From: Octopus bimaculoides
Taxonomy: Eukaryota
Assembly (NCBI RefSeq): GCF_001194135.2
Contig: NC_068984.1
Coordinates: forward strand, 95,413,130-95,477,129
DNA length: 64,000 nucleotides
Direction of reading: 5' to 3'
A program made the position numbers and the translations under genes. The notes below the pieces were generated by a model, which did no database searches, was not told where the DNA came from, and was given only the letters and a program-made list of their open reading frames with translations. Shown piece after piece: positions 36,740 to 50,631 of the stretch (positions within the stretch are counted from its first letter, which is position 1; every line of letters begins with the position of its first letter).

Positions 36740-37085
36740 AAGATATGACAAGCCAAGTAAAATCTTTGCTTGCAGGCATGTCCCCTACATCCCTCATCAG
36801 CTGAGTGATCCTAATCTTATGGGCTCGTGGGTGCTGATGCACTGTGAAAAACACCTGTGCGGTGCCACATAAAAGCATCCAAACCGATGCTGTGTAAAGC
36901 ACCTAGTACACTCTGTAAAGTGGTTGGCATTAGGAAGGACATCTAGCCATAGATGCCAAAACTGATATGGAGTTTGGGTAACTCTTCAGCTGGCCAGTTC
37001 CTGTAAAACTGTCCAACCCATGCCAGCATGGAAAATGGACGTTAAGTGATGATGGTGATGGTAATGACGATGATGATGATGATAT
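36740..37085 (+). mobile_element. RTE-tail retroelement
   Basis: gtggttggcattaggaagg...ccaacccatgccagcatggaaaatggacgttaag(tga)n. Confidence 0.8.
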
Positions 37086-37358
37086 ATATATATATATATA
37101 TATATANNNNNNNNNNNNNNNNNNNNNNNNNNNNNNNNNNNNNNNNNNNNNNNNNNNNNNNNNNNNNNNNNNNNNNNNNNNNNNNNNNNNNNNNNNNNNN
37201 NNNNNNNNNNNNNNNNNNNNNNNNNNNNNNNNNNNNCACACACAAAATAAGTTCAATACACTCTAGAATTATCAAAGACATGCTTCAGTTTTTCTAAAAT
37301 TGAATAAAATAAATAAAATAATGATGAATACACATGTACTTGTACATGGTGAAGAAAA

Positions 37359-37398
<40 letters not shown>

Positions 37399-39114
37399 TA
37401 ATAACAATAAAATATAAATAAAATGTCAAATGTTTTAGTGTGTGACTTCTGGCCCACCCTATATATCTGTATGTGTGTGTGTATAATTAAAGAAATCTTA
37501 AGAGTAACAACAGAACATTTACTGATGAGAAAAGACTTAATACAAAATGTATTGAATAAGTTGTCAGAATCAAAATGATTACACCCACATGTGCACATAG
37601 ATTTATAGCTTTTTTTTTTCAAGTTATTATCTTCTTTTTGCTTGTTTACACCCAGTTTTCTTTGCTAAGAGGTGGGGAGGGGGATTTTTTTTAATGTTTG
37701 GAACGAACAGTTTACATAAAAGGAAAAGGAATCATCATATTTCATCCAAAAGTGAAAATATATATATATAAAAAAAATAACAGATGATAACAGTTTACTC
37801 AAAGTAGCTGCCCTTAGCTTCTGTAAGGCCTCAAGGTGGCTCCAGAACCTGGCACATGCATGCCTCACAGTGTCCCTATGAAGATCTTTGAATACCTCCC
37901 ATTGATCTTGGCTACCAACTCAACTTTGGTGTTGTAGGCAGAGTAGTTAATGTCTTTCTCAACTGTACCCCATACACATACACAGTAATCCATAAGATTT
38001 CAATCAGGGGAATTAAGAGGCCTGAAATTGGGGCTGATGAAATGGCAGAAATTCTCCAACAACAAAAAAAAGTATTAAAATGATCTGAACAAAATAGAAA
38101 ACTAAAAGCATTTTTATCAAGTCTTTAAAGTCAAAATACTTGGTTGATGTACTTGAGATCAAATTAATAATATCAAAGGCATTTTGTGAAATGGATAGCA
38201 AATGAATTGAAGAACTGGTTGGATGAAATAAACTAATAATTCAAACTCCCAAATACTTGTTAGATGATAAAAAAAAAACAATCTAATAAAGTAAGATATA
38301 AACTAAGAATGTTGCATAATGATGCTAACAATTAATACAGACTGTGTTGAGATACAGCCATTACTTTTGTCACCCAGTGTACTGCATGTCATATGTGATC
38401 TGTAGACTAGTGACAAAAAAATATAATGAATTCTACAGAGTTGTTTGGGGTGTAGTTATAGGATGAAGGGCAACAGATATGATCTTTTGTCAGGACTCTG
38501 TCATTGATGGGAGACAAAGAAAAAGAGATTATAACAGGTTTTTCTCATGACCAGAGACCTGATCTTAATTTTGTTGATCCTGCTAAAGATATGCAAAGGC
38601 CAGGTAATGGTATTAACCTGAATAGCAAACTAAATTTACCATCTATGAACAAGTATAATTCATCTGACAGGCATCACCACTGTTTCTACTTATTCAGTTC
38701 TGACCTTAGAAGGATTTGAATTTAGAACATAAAAGAAATACTGCAAGGTATTTGTCAAAGAGTCTTAGATATTTTAGATTTGGATTAACTGATAGCTTTA
38801 TATTTATTTTTAGTCTGTTTCAATTAATTCAACGACAGTACTTGTTGTTGAGAAGGTCACCAATATAATTAATCTAAACTAGGCGAAATATAATGAAGAA
38901 AATATAAAAATAGAAATAAGCAATATGATTTAATTTAATGTATAATTAGTTGAGTGTTTATATTATGAGTTAAGATTGTAAGTGGGTTTGAAAGGTGTTA
39001 ATAAAGATTAACCACTAGATTAACCCATTTGTTACCATATTTCTATTGAAATTCACTGTCTTTGTTTCAGTTCATTTTGAAAATAATAAATTCAATAAAA
39101 TAACATTGTCATTA

Positions 39115-40200
39115 CAAGATACTCCTATGGAATGTGATCAAACAAGGTTTATTTTTAAACATAGACCCCCTTGCAGCCCTCATACTTCCTCCATAGATGT
39201 TGCAGTGCTTGGATTCCGCTGGTGAAGAAGCTTTCATCCTATTGGTCAAAAAAGTCATCAACAGCAGATATGACATTATCATCATTGCCATACAGGTTCC
39301 CAGTCAAGTGTTTTTCATGTTAAGGGTCAGATGACAGTCAGATGAGGTCAAATCAGGAGTACAGTGAGCATGATCAACCAGTTCAAAGTCAGTCATGTAC
39401 AGCAGCCATTGGAACCAAGGACTTGTATGCTGGAGCATTGTCCTGATGAAACAAGACCCCTTTTGTCAGCTCTCCTGGGCATTTAGTCTTGATAACCTTT
39501 TGTTACTGCCTCAGCAAGTTGGAACAGTAGTCTCTATTGATGGTGTGGTCCTTTTGAAGATACTCAATAAACACAATGCCTTTTGTATCTCCCAAAAACA
39601 GAGGCAGTCACCTTCCCTACAGATGAAATGACTTTGACCTTCTTTGGAGCAGGTGAGAAGAGGTATTTCCACTGCATGGATTGCCTCTTGTCTCTGCCTC
39701 AAAGTGATGAACCCAACATTCACCCTGAATTAGGAAACATTCAAGGAAATGTGATGTGATCAACCTGGTGTGCTTTTGATTAGATGTCAGAAGTGGCAGT
39801 ACCCACTAAATAGAAACCTTCATCATGCCAAGTTCATTTTGCAGAGTATTCTCAACTCTCTCATGGGATATGGCAATTTGATTTAGAGTCAGTTGCCTGT
39901 CATCCATCACCATGTGGTGAACATGATCAATGTTTTCCTTGGTGGTGGCAGCTACAAGACATCCAGACATTAGGTCATCTTCAAGTCCCTCCCTTCCCCT
40001 CCTAAATTCAGCTGCCCACTGTTGTACTGTTGATAAAGCTGGAGTGTTATCTCCTACTGTAGCAACCATGTAAGCATGAATGACCTTGTGGGCTAAAGAT
40101 TTTTCTGCAGGTACTTCACAATGCCAAATTTTGTTCATTTTCAAGAGAAGTCACTACAAGTTACTTTTGAAGTCTTCTTTGAACAGTCAGATGTCAGTTT
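39115..40200 (-). mobile_element. Decayed mariner transposon
   Basis: STVQQWAAEFRRGREGLEDD..SG...TTKENID HTH region and GVLFHQDNAPA...PDLTSSD catalytic region. Ends are approximate. Confidence 0.88.
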
Positions 40201-40384
40201 ACCAGGAAAGAAACAATGCAGTTATTAATTCAGCCCATCCTCTTACACTGAAATTGACAGGAGTGACCATCTTTTATTTTGTGTGTGTGTGTGTGTGTGT
40301 TGTAACTCATCTTTTGATATTGTCCTCCAATAAACAACATCATTATCATCATCATCATCATCATCATCAGTAGTAGTAGTAGTA

Positions 40385-40612
40385 GTAAAAGCAGCAGTAG
40401 TCAGGTGGTAAGCTGGCAGAATTGTCAATGCTCCAGACAAAATTCTGCTAAGCATTTTTTCTAGCTCTTTATGCTCTGTGCTTGCCAAGGTCAACTTTGC
40501 CTTTCTTCCTTTTAGGGTTGATAAAATGAAGGACCAAATCAAGTACTGAGGTTGATGTAATCAACACTCTCTCCACAAAATTGTTGGCCTTGAATTAAAA
40601 TTTGAAACAATT
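40385..40612 (+). mobile_element. Decayed tRNA-derived SINE
   Basis: Aligns to 50787-51019. Confidence 0.8.
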
Positions 40613-41452
40613 ATTAGTATTAATTTTGAAACATTTCAAAAAAACTGGACTTTTGGATTTTTCTGCCACATCAATACCTCTAACAAGTATTAACCCTTCA
40701 TAAAACTCAGGTGAGACTCACAAGGGTCAGTGCTGCTTCTAAACATACTATCTAGATGACATGAGGATATTTAAAAAGAAAAAAACACATTCTAAGCTGA
40801 CCCATAGACATGTCTCATCATTCTGCTTTTTCTATCACTACGATAATAGACTGTTCCTTGGAGCTTGCTAGTCTCATGCTACCTCCAACTCACTAGTCTC
40901 TCCTCTTCTTGTCACCTAAATTGTGTTCATATTATGAGCTCCCTCATCAACTACCTCTTTTGTCTCCAGAATATGATCCCTGTGGAATGTCTGTCCGTGA
41001 TTATACAAGAACATTAACCACACTGATCTCACCAGTATTAAAAGGTCTGTAAAAGCCATGCAACAGCCCCTTCCTCCAGATCTTACCCTCTATTCAACAA
41101 ATCTTTGAGGGTCTGTAAATGCATAGCATAACTCCTTTCTCAAGATTACATCAGTTTTTGAGGTCCTGGAAGACCTTCTTGTAAATCTCACTAGTCTTTG
41201 AGGTCTTATAGATTTTACCTAAATTAGAGGTCCTGTAAAAGCCATGACACAGCCCCTTCTTGCACATGGATCTATTATTAAAAAAATAAATTAAAATGCA
41301 ACCATTAATATCTCCAACTCTATTGTTATGTAAAACATGTGAACCTTGATTGAACAGCTATGAGCATCTTATCTTTCTGTATTTCAGGGAATACATTAGT
41401 CTAATACAGCATTCTTTTTTAAGATTGCTAGGTGTAATTTCATGGGAACTTG

Positions 41453-42094
41453 CTGTCAAATGAATTTGTTTACAGATCTATTTATCTGGCTCATTGTTTA
41501 CTCAAACATAACCCCTTGTTGCTGTTGTTATCATCGTCACAAAAACATTATCTATCTGTACACTCATAACTCTGGTATTTTTCTGTGTCTGTAGCTCAGA
41601 TTGTCAAATTCCAAGGAGGGACTGCTTTGCTAAGTGTTACCTTAGTAGAAATTCTGTTTTTTATCAATCGATAAATAACAGAATTTCTACTATGGTAAGA
41701 AAATACAAATTTGAGGCATCAACAACTGTCTCAATAAGTATATACACCTGCCTCCATCGTTATAATGTAATTAAGTGTTTGTTAATGAAGAAGTTGATGA
41801 CTACTGCCATCATTATTATTATCACCTCACTATCCCAATTGTCATCAGTTCACTGATTTAATAACTTAAAATTTAGTTAATCAGTAACAATAATTACTTG
41901 AAATATCATTGGAAGGATTGTTATAATCTATGGGACTTGTTAGTGAGCTACAGACACAGAAAAATACCAGAGTTGTGAGTTTATAGATAGATAACAATGT
42001 TTTTTGTGACTGATGATAACAACAGCAACAAGGGAATGTGTTTGAGTAAACAATGAGCCAGATAAAAGGATCTGTAAACAAATTCATTCGACAG
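41453..42094. repeat. Foldback-like element: ~145-bp inverted arms plus an internal hairpin
   Basis: 41453-41598 is the reverse complement of 41944-42094 with few mismatches. Internal agtagaaattctgtt/aacagaatttctact hairpin at 41644-41691. Confidence 0.88.
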
Positions 42095-42429
42095 TTCAAG
42101 GCTAACATTTTTCTACAGAGAACATTTATCATATGCACACACAATGAAAGGTTAAAAGATAATCAAGTGCTACAAACAGTTGTTATCTTTTACTAGATAG
42201 GCCCTGAATGAGCAAATGTATGATGAAAGGCATCCCAGCAATGAGCAATCCTTCATTTTTATCTGGACTACATTCTTCAGTGTGTTAGTGTTGATTTTAA
42301 GACAGGTGTGATTTGAGGAGGATTTGGCTGCTATTTCTAGTAAATTGAACAACTACTTAGAAGCTCCCTCAGTAATTTGTTATAAAGCAGTGAACACAAT
42401 TGGCTCAAGCATGTGTCCACAGAAAGAGG

Positions 42430-42462
<33 letters not shown>

Positions 42463-42551
42463 TGAGAGAGAGAGAGAAAGTGTGTGTGTGTGTGTATACG
42501 TTTAAGTTAAGAATGGCTGGGAACCTGTGTAACACAAGAGATTATGTGGAG

Positions 42552-42841
42552 CAGTGTTACTCAAAGTAGTGGTCCACGGACTGGTGCCGGTCTGCGAGCC
42601 ACCAGATCCTGGTACGCGGCGAGTTTCCAGAAAAGGAAGAAACATAAAATGCTTATGTAATATTGTGTTATTTGTTTACAAACTAAATATAAAATAAAGA
42701 AAATTGTCAACTTTTATTATATTCATTATATATATTGTTTCTAGTATAAATTAATATTACTAAGAAATACTAAGGTCCCTGGCACATTGGAATAAAAAAA
42801 AACCTGCCAGTATGCCACATCAGATAGTTTGAGAAGCACTG
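42552..42841. mobile_element. hAT (Charlie-like) MITE
   Basis: TIRs cagtgttactcaaa / tttgagaagcactg. 8-bp TSD atgtggag / atgtagaa (6/8 match). Confidence 0.85.
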
Positions 42842-45529
42842 ATGTAGAATACAGCAGTATTTCAAAATGCGATTCAAAGAACATCTGAATGTGAGTGCAT
42901 GAACACATATGTTTGAAAAGGCAAAGTTAAAAGTTGAAGTTTGTACAAGTGTACATATCAATGCATTTTTATGTTAGATCCTTCACAGGTTTTGGTATTG
43001 GTTACTATTGTACTAGATGCAAGTGTCTGTAACTAATGAGCAAAATACATATTGCTTACTTCAGACAGCAGATACACACTTCTAAAATTGGTTAAAAAAA
43101 CCAAAGCAGTTTCACTTCACAGTTGAATAGTTGCCACCATGGAGGGAAACCAACCATAGGCAACAACAACGATGACAAACATATGTACACACACAAAAAA
43201 GCAACAAAAGACTTTGAAATAATACAAAAATAGATGTTAAAAAAAATCATTAAAGATAAATCTGAAATGTTAATTAATGATCACATTGTTTAATTAGCAA
43301 CAGGCAATACTGAAAAAAATAAAACATAGTTTAGAAAATATAAAAAGAAAAAGTTTGTTTGCTTCAGAAGTAGAATTCTAATAATAAGGTATCAGAGACT
43401 GCTACTGTTGTTGTTGGCAGGAATCCAGAATATTACTAGAGAAATTGGTGGTTATTTCATATAGCAAGAACAGTTGGGGGTAGGATCTGTTTTAAAATAC
43501 ATCAAATACCTGAACCAACAACAAAGAAATGTACAAATCATACCACAAATGAAATACCCAAAATGTTACACCCACCTTCTGACACTTGGGTATATTTAAC
43601 AGATTCTACTCTAGTTTCAGGATATAAAAATATATTTACAACTTTGTTGTAAACACTTTCATCAAAAGATGATATAACTGATGTAAGGAGATCTTTCCTA
43701 CTTACACTACTATTTCAGAAAAACACCACCTCACGAGAGAAATTTTTTTTTTTCCTAGGAGGCTTTCTACAAAATACGTTACAACTTTTAAGGTAACATC
43801 TGAAGAGAACACTACATCAGCTGATAATTTCTCTTAACATTCTTAGAGTATAGCTCACATATATGGGACAGTGTTGCTGTGAAATACACTAACCTTATAG
43901 ACTATATAGTCTTTACAGACACTTGCATCTAGTACAATAGTAACCAATACCAAAACAAGACCATTCAGCTGATTGGTAAATACTCACTCACCAATAGATT
44001 ACAACATGTAAACCACAAACTCGTGTTTATTCTCTGTACCTTTTCTACAGCTACAACAGTGTCAACAATGATTCACTGACTTAATATGTAAATCATAAGC
44101 TCACTGTTTTCTTTATATCTCTTCTGCAAAAGTTCACTCACTTTAGATATAGAAAAAAATCAGGAATATTTTTGGCTTTCTGCTGTTCCAAGTTACTTAT
44201 GGTATACTTTGATCAAAGGCAAGCTGGCAACTACCATTTATAATAAAAATGAATAGGCTTACTCGTGCTCTGAACGCTAAGTTCAATGGTTAAGCTAAAT
44301 AAACAATTTGATCCAAGGAAATTGTTTCTCATTAAAATTTATTCATCACAAATTCAAAAACAATTCTTTTCACAAGGTCAACCAGAGAGTATTAAGAGGT
44401 ACATCTTTCTGCAGTAAAATACAGAAGCATCAACAAAAAGTGGAAACATTTTTTCAGCCATATTATTCTGTTGACTTTTCATTGGATACAAGCATAGAAT
44501 GGACACACTGCAAAACTATATTATTGAACTGAATTGAATAAAAGTTCTACATACAAACTTCATCAGACTGTCAATATCCAGTCATATAGCTGGTTTCATC
44601 AATTACAACGTTACAGTAGTTATCCATTACTAAACAACAGAATACAATTTTTTGCAATTTCCAGTAGCAGTCACAAAAGCAACAACCAAGTAAAGACATT
44701 GAATGTTTTGACAGTTTTTTTACACAGCCTCACTATACTGCAAATGCCAGGCTGTTGACATGACAGCATTAAAAATACATTTATTTGTAGGCTCTACTTT
44801 GACCATATATGACAAAAACTCCTTGAGGACTTTTCATTGAATTTGGAACAGGCACTCAACCAAGCTTATTCTCTGGGAACTGTTCAAAGAAATGCTGAGG
44901 CTTATTTGAAATTCTACTCCATATCAACGCCTTCTTTGAAGCTGCAACAGAAATAGATTCTAGCACCCTTATCAATGATCATACTGCTGCAGTTAAGAAT
45001 AAATAAAGATGCTATTTTTATACTTGTCCAGCAAAGAAAAAAACTTGTCATACATGCAAAATGTTGGACATGTCTCATGGGCATACTAGTCAAAGAGAAA
45101 CACAACATCTAAAATCATTGTATTAATATCTACTCTTTCATGCTTACACAAGTTTATTGACGAAGATTTTCAATGGCTGGATACCCTTCTGTCACCAACC
45201 CTCAGCCATTCTCAAGCAAAGTGATGTTTCCCTGTAGCCAGACATATTCCTTCAAAACACTGGAAATGAATGGCGACAAGGAGTCACAAACATACACACT
45301 CCTACATGTGTGTGTGTCTCCTTTGACATGTGCAGTCTTGATAAACAAGGGGATCATATGGTGTTGTTTGTTTCTAGTTCCTTGCATTAATATGTTAAAG
45401 CTGTTTGTTGCTTTATCAATTGGGAAATTATTACCTCACTTGGAAACTGAAGAAACTCTATTGCTAGTCTGATACATTCAAGCATGTTAACATGTGATGA
45501 CGATGATGACGGTGGTGTTGATATATATA

Positions 45530-46726
45530 CAGGGTGCAGTGGGAAAATTGTCACCATTTTACATTTTTAATTTCGCACATGCACATTGTTTGTTTTTGAT
45601 TTTGCCGACAACACAGTATAGTGGGACCAGTTGGGCACCATCTGTGAGAAAAACAGCACCATGATGTAATTCACTCTGCCAGAAATTTGGAAATGATATG
45701 CTGTACTGCTTGGTATTCATGCCAGAAGCTCCAATATGAACATTTCAGAGTGTTTAGGTGTCAATCTGAGGACAGTGCATGTACCAAGAATGATAAAAAT
45801 CAAACATTCAGTCAACATCATGGTGTTTGGAGTGATCACTAGTGATGGCGACATTATGCTTCCATTTATCTTCCCACATGGCCTCAGACTCAACATGGAG
45901 GCCTACATCAAGTGCCTGGAGAAGGTAGTACTGCCTTGGGTCAAGAGGGTGGCTGCTGGAAGATCCTATGTCTGGCAACAGGACTCTGCACCATGCCACA
46001 CAAACAGGAGAACCCAGTACTGCCTGTCAGACAGTTTCTGCAACCATATCACCCCTCACGTCTGGCCACCTAACTCCCCAGATTGCAACCCTCTTGATTA
46101 TTATGTGTGGGATGCAGAGATCAACAAAACTCCTCGTAGCACCAAAGATGAACTGAAGGCATTATGGTGGCATTCACCAACTTAAATAAGGAGACTGTCA
46201 AGAAGAGTTGCAGGAGATTCTGAAGTCATCTGGAAGCCATGGTTGAAGCCAACGGTAATTTTATTGAATATATTTACTCTTTATAGAGATGTACTTGCAT
46301 AGCGAGTGACCTGATCTGAGACTGTGTGATGAAAAAAAAAAAAACAATTACAGTGTGGAAGGTGTTTATAAGCCATTTAAAAACACACAGAAACTGTTAG
46401 ATTCATTTCAACATTTAAATTTAATTTGTTAAAATATTTTCACCGCTTTGAAACTGCAACTTATTCATTGACAAAATTCCATGGTCAAAATATTTTTGGC
46501 GCTTTGAAACCGCAACCTGTTCACTGATAAAATTCCATGCTGAAGTGAATCTAATGGTTTTTGTGTTTTTAAATGGCTTATAAACACCTTCCACACTGCT
46601 ATTATTTACTCTTTGGTATTTCAAGATATTTTTATATAATTTTGGTAAATATATCTGTTAAAATGAGGTGTCAGTGTTATTTTCATTCTTGCATAATTTA
46701 GACGACAGTTTGTTCACCAAACCCTG
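45530..46726 (+). mobile_element. maT (DD37D) Tc1/mariner element, internally deleted
   Basis: TA|cagggtg...accctg|TA ends. Transposase WQQDSAPCH...WPPNSPDCNPLDYYVW, with 37 residues counted between the last two catalytic D. Confidence 0.9.
46283..46602. mobile_element. 320-bp insertion with 12-bp TSD, subterminal inverted repeat and 56-bp tandem core
   Basis: tatttactcttt at 46271-46282 and 46603-46614. 36-bp perfect inverted repeat starting at 46351 and ending at 46598. Confidence 0.85.
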
Positions 46727-47539
46727 TACATGGCTAATCGATGTATTGATGCTTCACTCACTTTTAATAGTGCTACCAGTTTCATAGATGAGGATGTTTA
46801 CAAGAATCTCCTCTCAACGTTTTCATGATGTCTTTGAATTGGTTTGACAACTTAATCTGAAGAGACAGTTCATCCACCTATGTGCATTTCAAACATGCCA
46901 CACATTTTTTTTTTTGTGTGTGTGTGTGTGTGTGTGTAACAAGGTGCATTTAAATATTTCATCTAAGTTGTGTTCTGGGACATGATTTTTTAAAATGACA
47001 TGATTATTACTCAACCTGTTCCAATGTTGATCATCCCTTTTTCATAGTTTTTCTACTTACAGAATTACTTGAAACTAATTGCTACTACTTTGTGTCCATT
47101 ATATGCTTGTATCTGATGAAAAAACATCAAAGCAATGTGGCTGACAGCATTTCTCCATTAATGTTCATGCCTCTATATTTTACTACAGAAAGAAGTATCC
47201 TGGAGTGTTTCTAGATGACTTTGTGCAAATAATTGTTTTGGAGATTTAAAAAGAGATCAAATAGCCTCCTGGCATTATTAAGCTCTCACTCTTTCTAAGG
47301 TGAGTGCAACTGCTAGAAACAAGAAACAGTGGCAGTAGCAAGAAACAGTGACAAACAATAGCTAGTTATTGACTATATACAAATGAAACACTACTACTTT
47401 CTAGATACCAAACCATTTTCTAATATTGAAGCTATTGTGTATTCTTTTTCCTACCATAAACCCTACAGCAATCTAGATCTGAAGACATACCATCAGATTT
47501 CAATCCAGCATAACAATAACAGATACACTGCATTTCAAA

Positions 47540-48390
47540 CAGATAGATGCTTATTCCAGTTACAAGGTTATCCTTTGGAGTCACTGACGTTCTTCCAGTC
47601 CTTCCAAGCCTGTTTCTTTTGTCTAATAGCCCTGTCAACCACATTGTTCCACCACCACGTTACTTTGGTTCGAGAGGGGACTTTGCACCAGCCACAGATC
47701 TGGTGGGTGGCTCCCGGCAGGTTGTCCCGTAGAAACCTCCAATTGCCTTCCACGTTGTGTGATGCTATATCCCCTTCTATTTCGTCAAATGCTTCAAGTA
47801 AGACATTTCTAAATCTCTGTCCATTTGCAGGATCTTTAAGCTTCCAGACCCTTCTCCTCCAAGCTGGTCTACTTCTGGGCATCCATTTAGCTTTGATCCC
47901 GAAGTCGCTAACTACTAATCTGTATTGAGGGGTACATTCTTCGCTTGGGAAGGTTTTGGCATTTATAAGCCGTCCTCTTTCCCTATTACTGGCAAGGATG
48001 TAGTCGATTTGGCTAGTGTGTTTGCTAGAACGGTAGGTAACTAGGTGATAGGCAGGTTTCCTGAAATTGGTATTGCAAACCATAAGATCATTTGCATCAC
48101 AGAACTCCAGCAGTCTGGTTCCCTCCTCATTGCGGGAACCGAAGCCATAGCCTCCATGGAAGCCCCCTGCATGTTGTCCAACATGACCATTGAAATCACC
48201 AGCCACAAAGAGAAGGTTCCTGTCATTCGTCAATGAGGTAGTTTGCAACAGGGTGTCATAGAATTGGTCTTTCTGCCCGTCCGTAGCCCCGGTTGAGGGG
48301 CATAGGCCAAGATGATGGTAGCTAACCTATGGTGAAGCACTAGTCTAATCTTAAGTACTCTGTCACATACTCTGACTACCTCGATTACCT
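47540..48390 (-). mobile_element. RTE endonuclease fragment, runs into an assembly gap
   Basis: VAGDFNGHVG, GSRNEEGTRLLEFC and SQIDYIL in a 226-aa ORF. Confidence 0.92.
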
Positions 48391-49080
48391 NNNNNNNNNN
48401 NNNNNNNNNNNNNNNNNNNNNNNNNNNNNNNNNNNNNNNNNNNNNNNNNNNNNNNNNNNNNNNNNNNNNNNNNNNNNNNNNNNNNNNNNNNNNNNNNNNN
48501 NNNNNNNNNNNNNNNNNNNNNNNNNNNNNNNNNNNNNNNNNNNNNNNNNNNNNNNNNNNNNNNNNNNNNNNNNNNNNNNNNNNNNNNNNNNNNNNNNNNN
48601 NNNNNNNNNNNNNNNNNNNNNNNNNNNNNNNNNNNNNNNNNNNNNNNNNNNNNNNNNNNNNNNNNNNNNNNNNNNNNNNNNNNNNNNNNNNNNNNNNNNN
48701 NNNNNNNNNNNNNNNNNNNNNNNNNNNNNNNNNNNNNNNNNNNNNNNNNNNNNNNNNNNNNNNNNNNNNNNNNNNNNNNNNNNNNNNNNNNNNNNNNNNN
48801 NNNNNNNNNNNNNNNNNNNNNNNNNNNNNNNNNNNNNNNNNNNNNNNNNNNNNNNNNNNNNNNNNNNNNNNNNNNNNNNNNNNNNNNNNNNNNNNNNNNN
48901 NNNNNNNNNNNNNNNNNNNNNNNNNNNNNNNNNNNNNNNNNNNNNNNNNNNNNNNNNNNNNNNNNNNNNNNNNNNNNNNNNNNNNNNNNNNNNNNNNNNN
49001 NNNNNNNNNNNNNNNNNNNNNNNNNNNNNNNNNNNNNNNNNNNNNNNNNNNNNNNNNNNNNNNNNNNNNNNNNNNNNNNN

Positions 49081-50055
49081 ATACCCGACAGAGTGTAAGT
49101 ATCTTGAGAGAAAAGTTGAACCTAAGAAGCATCAGTTGTGGTGTGCAAGAGAGACAATTGTGCTGGTATGGTCATGTGGCGAGAATGGATGAGGATAGCT
49201 GTGTGAAAAAGTGCCACACCCTAGCGGTTGAGGGAACCTGTGGAAAAGGCAGGCCCAGGAAGACCTGGGATGAGGTGGTGAAGCATGACCTCTGAACATT
49301 AGGCCTCACCGAGGCAATGACTTGTGAGTGAGACCTTTGGAAATATGCTGTGCGTGAGAAGACTCGGCAAGCCAAGTGAGACCAAAATCCAGGGCCTCTG
49401 CCAGGGATGTAGAGCCCACTTATGCGTACCATTCCTTCATTGGACACTAAACTCCACTTGCGAAGACTGTTGAGGCAAGTAAAATTGAAATTGAACTAAA
49501 CCTGACGACTGGCACCCGTGCCAATGTCTCTTTCATTGAACACTAAACTCGGCTTGCGAAGACCTGTTGGAGCAAGCGAAAGCGAAATCGTGATAGCATC
49601 TGTACTAGTGGAGCACTAAGAGCACTGTTCGAGCGTGATCGTTGCCAGAGCAGCTGTCTGGCTTCCGCGCCAGTGGCACGTAAATAGCACCATTTGAGTG
49701 TGATCGTTACCAACTTCGCCTCCCTGGCACTTGTGCCGGTGGCACGTGAAAAGACATTCGAGCAAGATCGTTTCCAGTGCCACTGGACTGGCTCCTGTGC
49801 AGGTGGCACGTAAAATACACCTTTTTGAGCGTGGTTGTTGCCAGTACCACCTGACTGGCCTTTGTGTCGGTGGCATGTAAAAGCACCCATTACACTCTCA
49901 GAGTGGTTGGTATTAGGAAGGGCATCCAGCTGTAGAAACTCTGCCAAATCAGATTGGAGCCTGGTGTAGCCACCTAGTTCACCAGTTCTCAGTCAAATCG
50001 TTCAACCCATGCTAGTATGGAAAGCAGACGTTAAACGATGATGATGATGATGATA
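49081..50055 (+). mobile_element. RTE 3' end (RT C-terminus, long 3'UTR, (GAT)n tail)
   Basis: QLCWYGHVARMDEDS...GRPRKTWDEVVKHDL. The 3'UTR has repeated actggcac motifs. Tail is aaacg(atg)n. Confidence 0.92.
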
Positions 50056-50631
50056 TATATAGATAGATATGTGACACTTATTCGGTAGCCATGATAAAAC
50101 TACGAGTTTCGGTAGCCGGGGCGGAAACCCACACCGCCATCTCTCCAGTTATCTGGCCAGATATTTTTACAGATAAATTCCTCTATTTACATAATATCGA
50201 GGTCTCTTTCTTTCTTTTGTTGTCTTTTCTATCAACATATATATACATACATATATATATATATATANNNNNNNNNNNNNNNNNNNNNNNNNNNNNNNNN
50301 NNNNNNNNNNNNNNNNNNNNNNNNNNNNNNNNNNNNNNNNNNNNNNNNNNNNNNNNNNNNNNNNNNNNNNNNNNNNNNNNNNNNNNNNNNNNNNNNNNNN
50401 NNNNNNNNNNNNNNNNNNNNNNNNNNNNNNNNNNNNNNNNNNNNNNNNNNNNNNNNNNNNNNNNNNNNNNNNNNNNNNNNNNNNNNNNNNNNNNNNNNNN
50501 NNNNNNNNNNNNNNNNNNNNNNNNNNNNNNNNNNNNNNNNNNNNNNNNNNNNNNNNNNNNNNNNNNNNNNNNNNNNNNNNNNNNNNNNNNNNNNNNNNNN
50601 NNNNNNNNNNNNNNNNNNNNNTAAAAACCTA

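Noticed and set aside
42005-42060. CTGATGA in the foldback arm as a hammerhead (likewise at 1582, 5717, 19270, 33806, 37521)
   Set aside because: No stem II followed by GAAA and no NUH geometry.
47540-50055. Twin-priming-type 5' inversion of one RTE across the gap
   Set aside because: The two halves are far apart in element coordinates, more than the ~690-N gap could bridge. Two insertions or a scaffolding artefact are equally likely.
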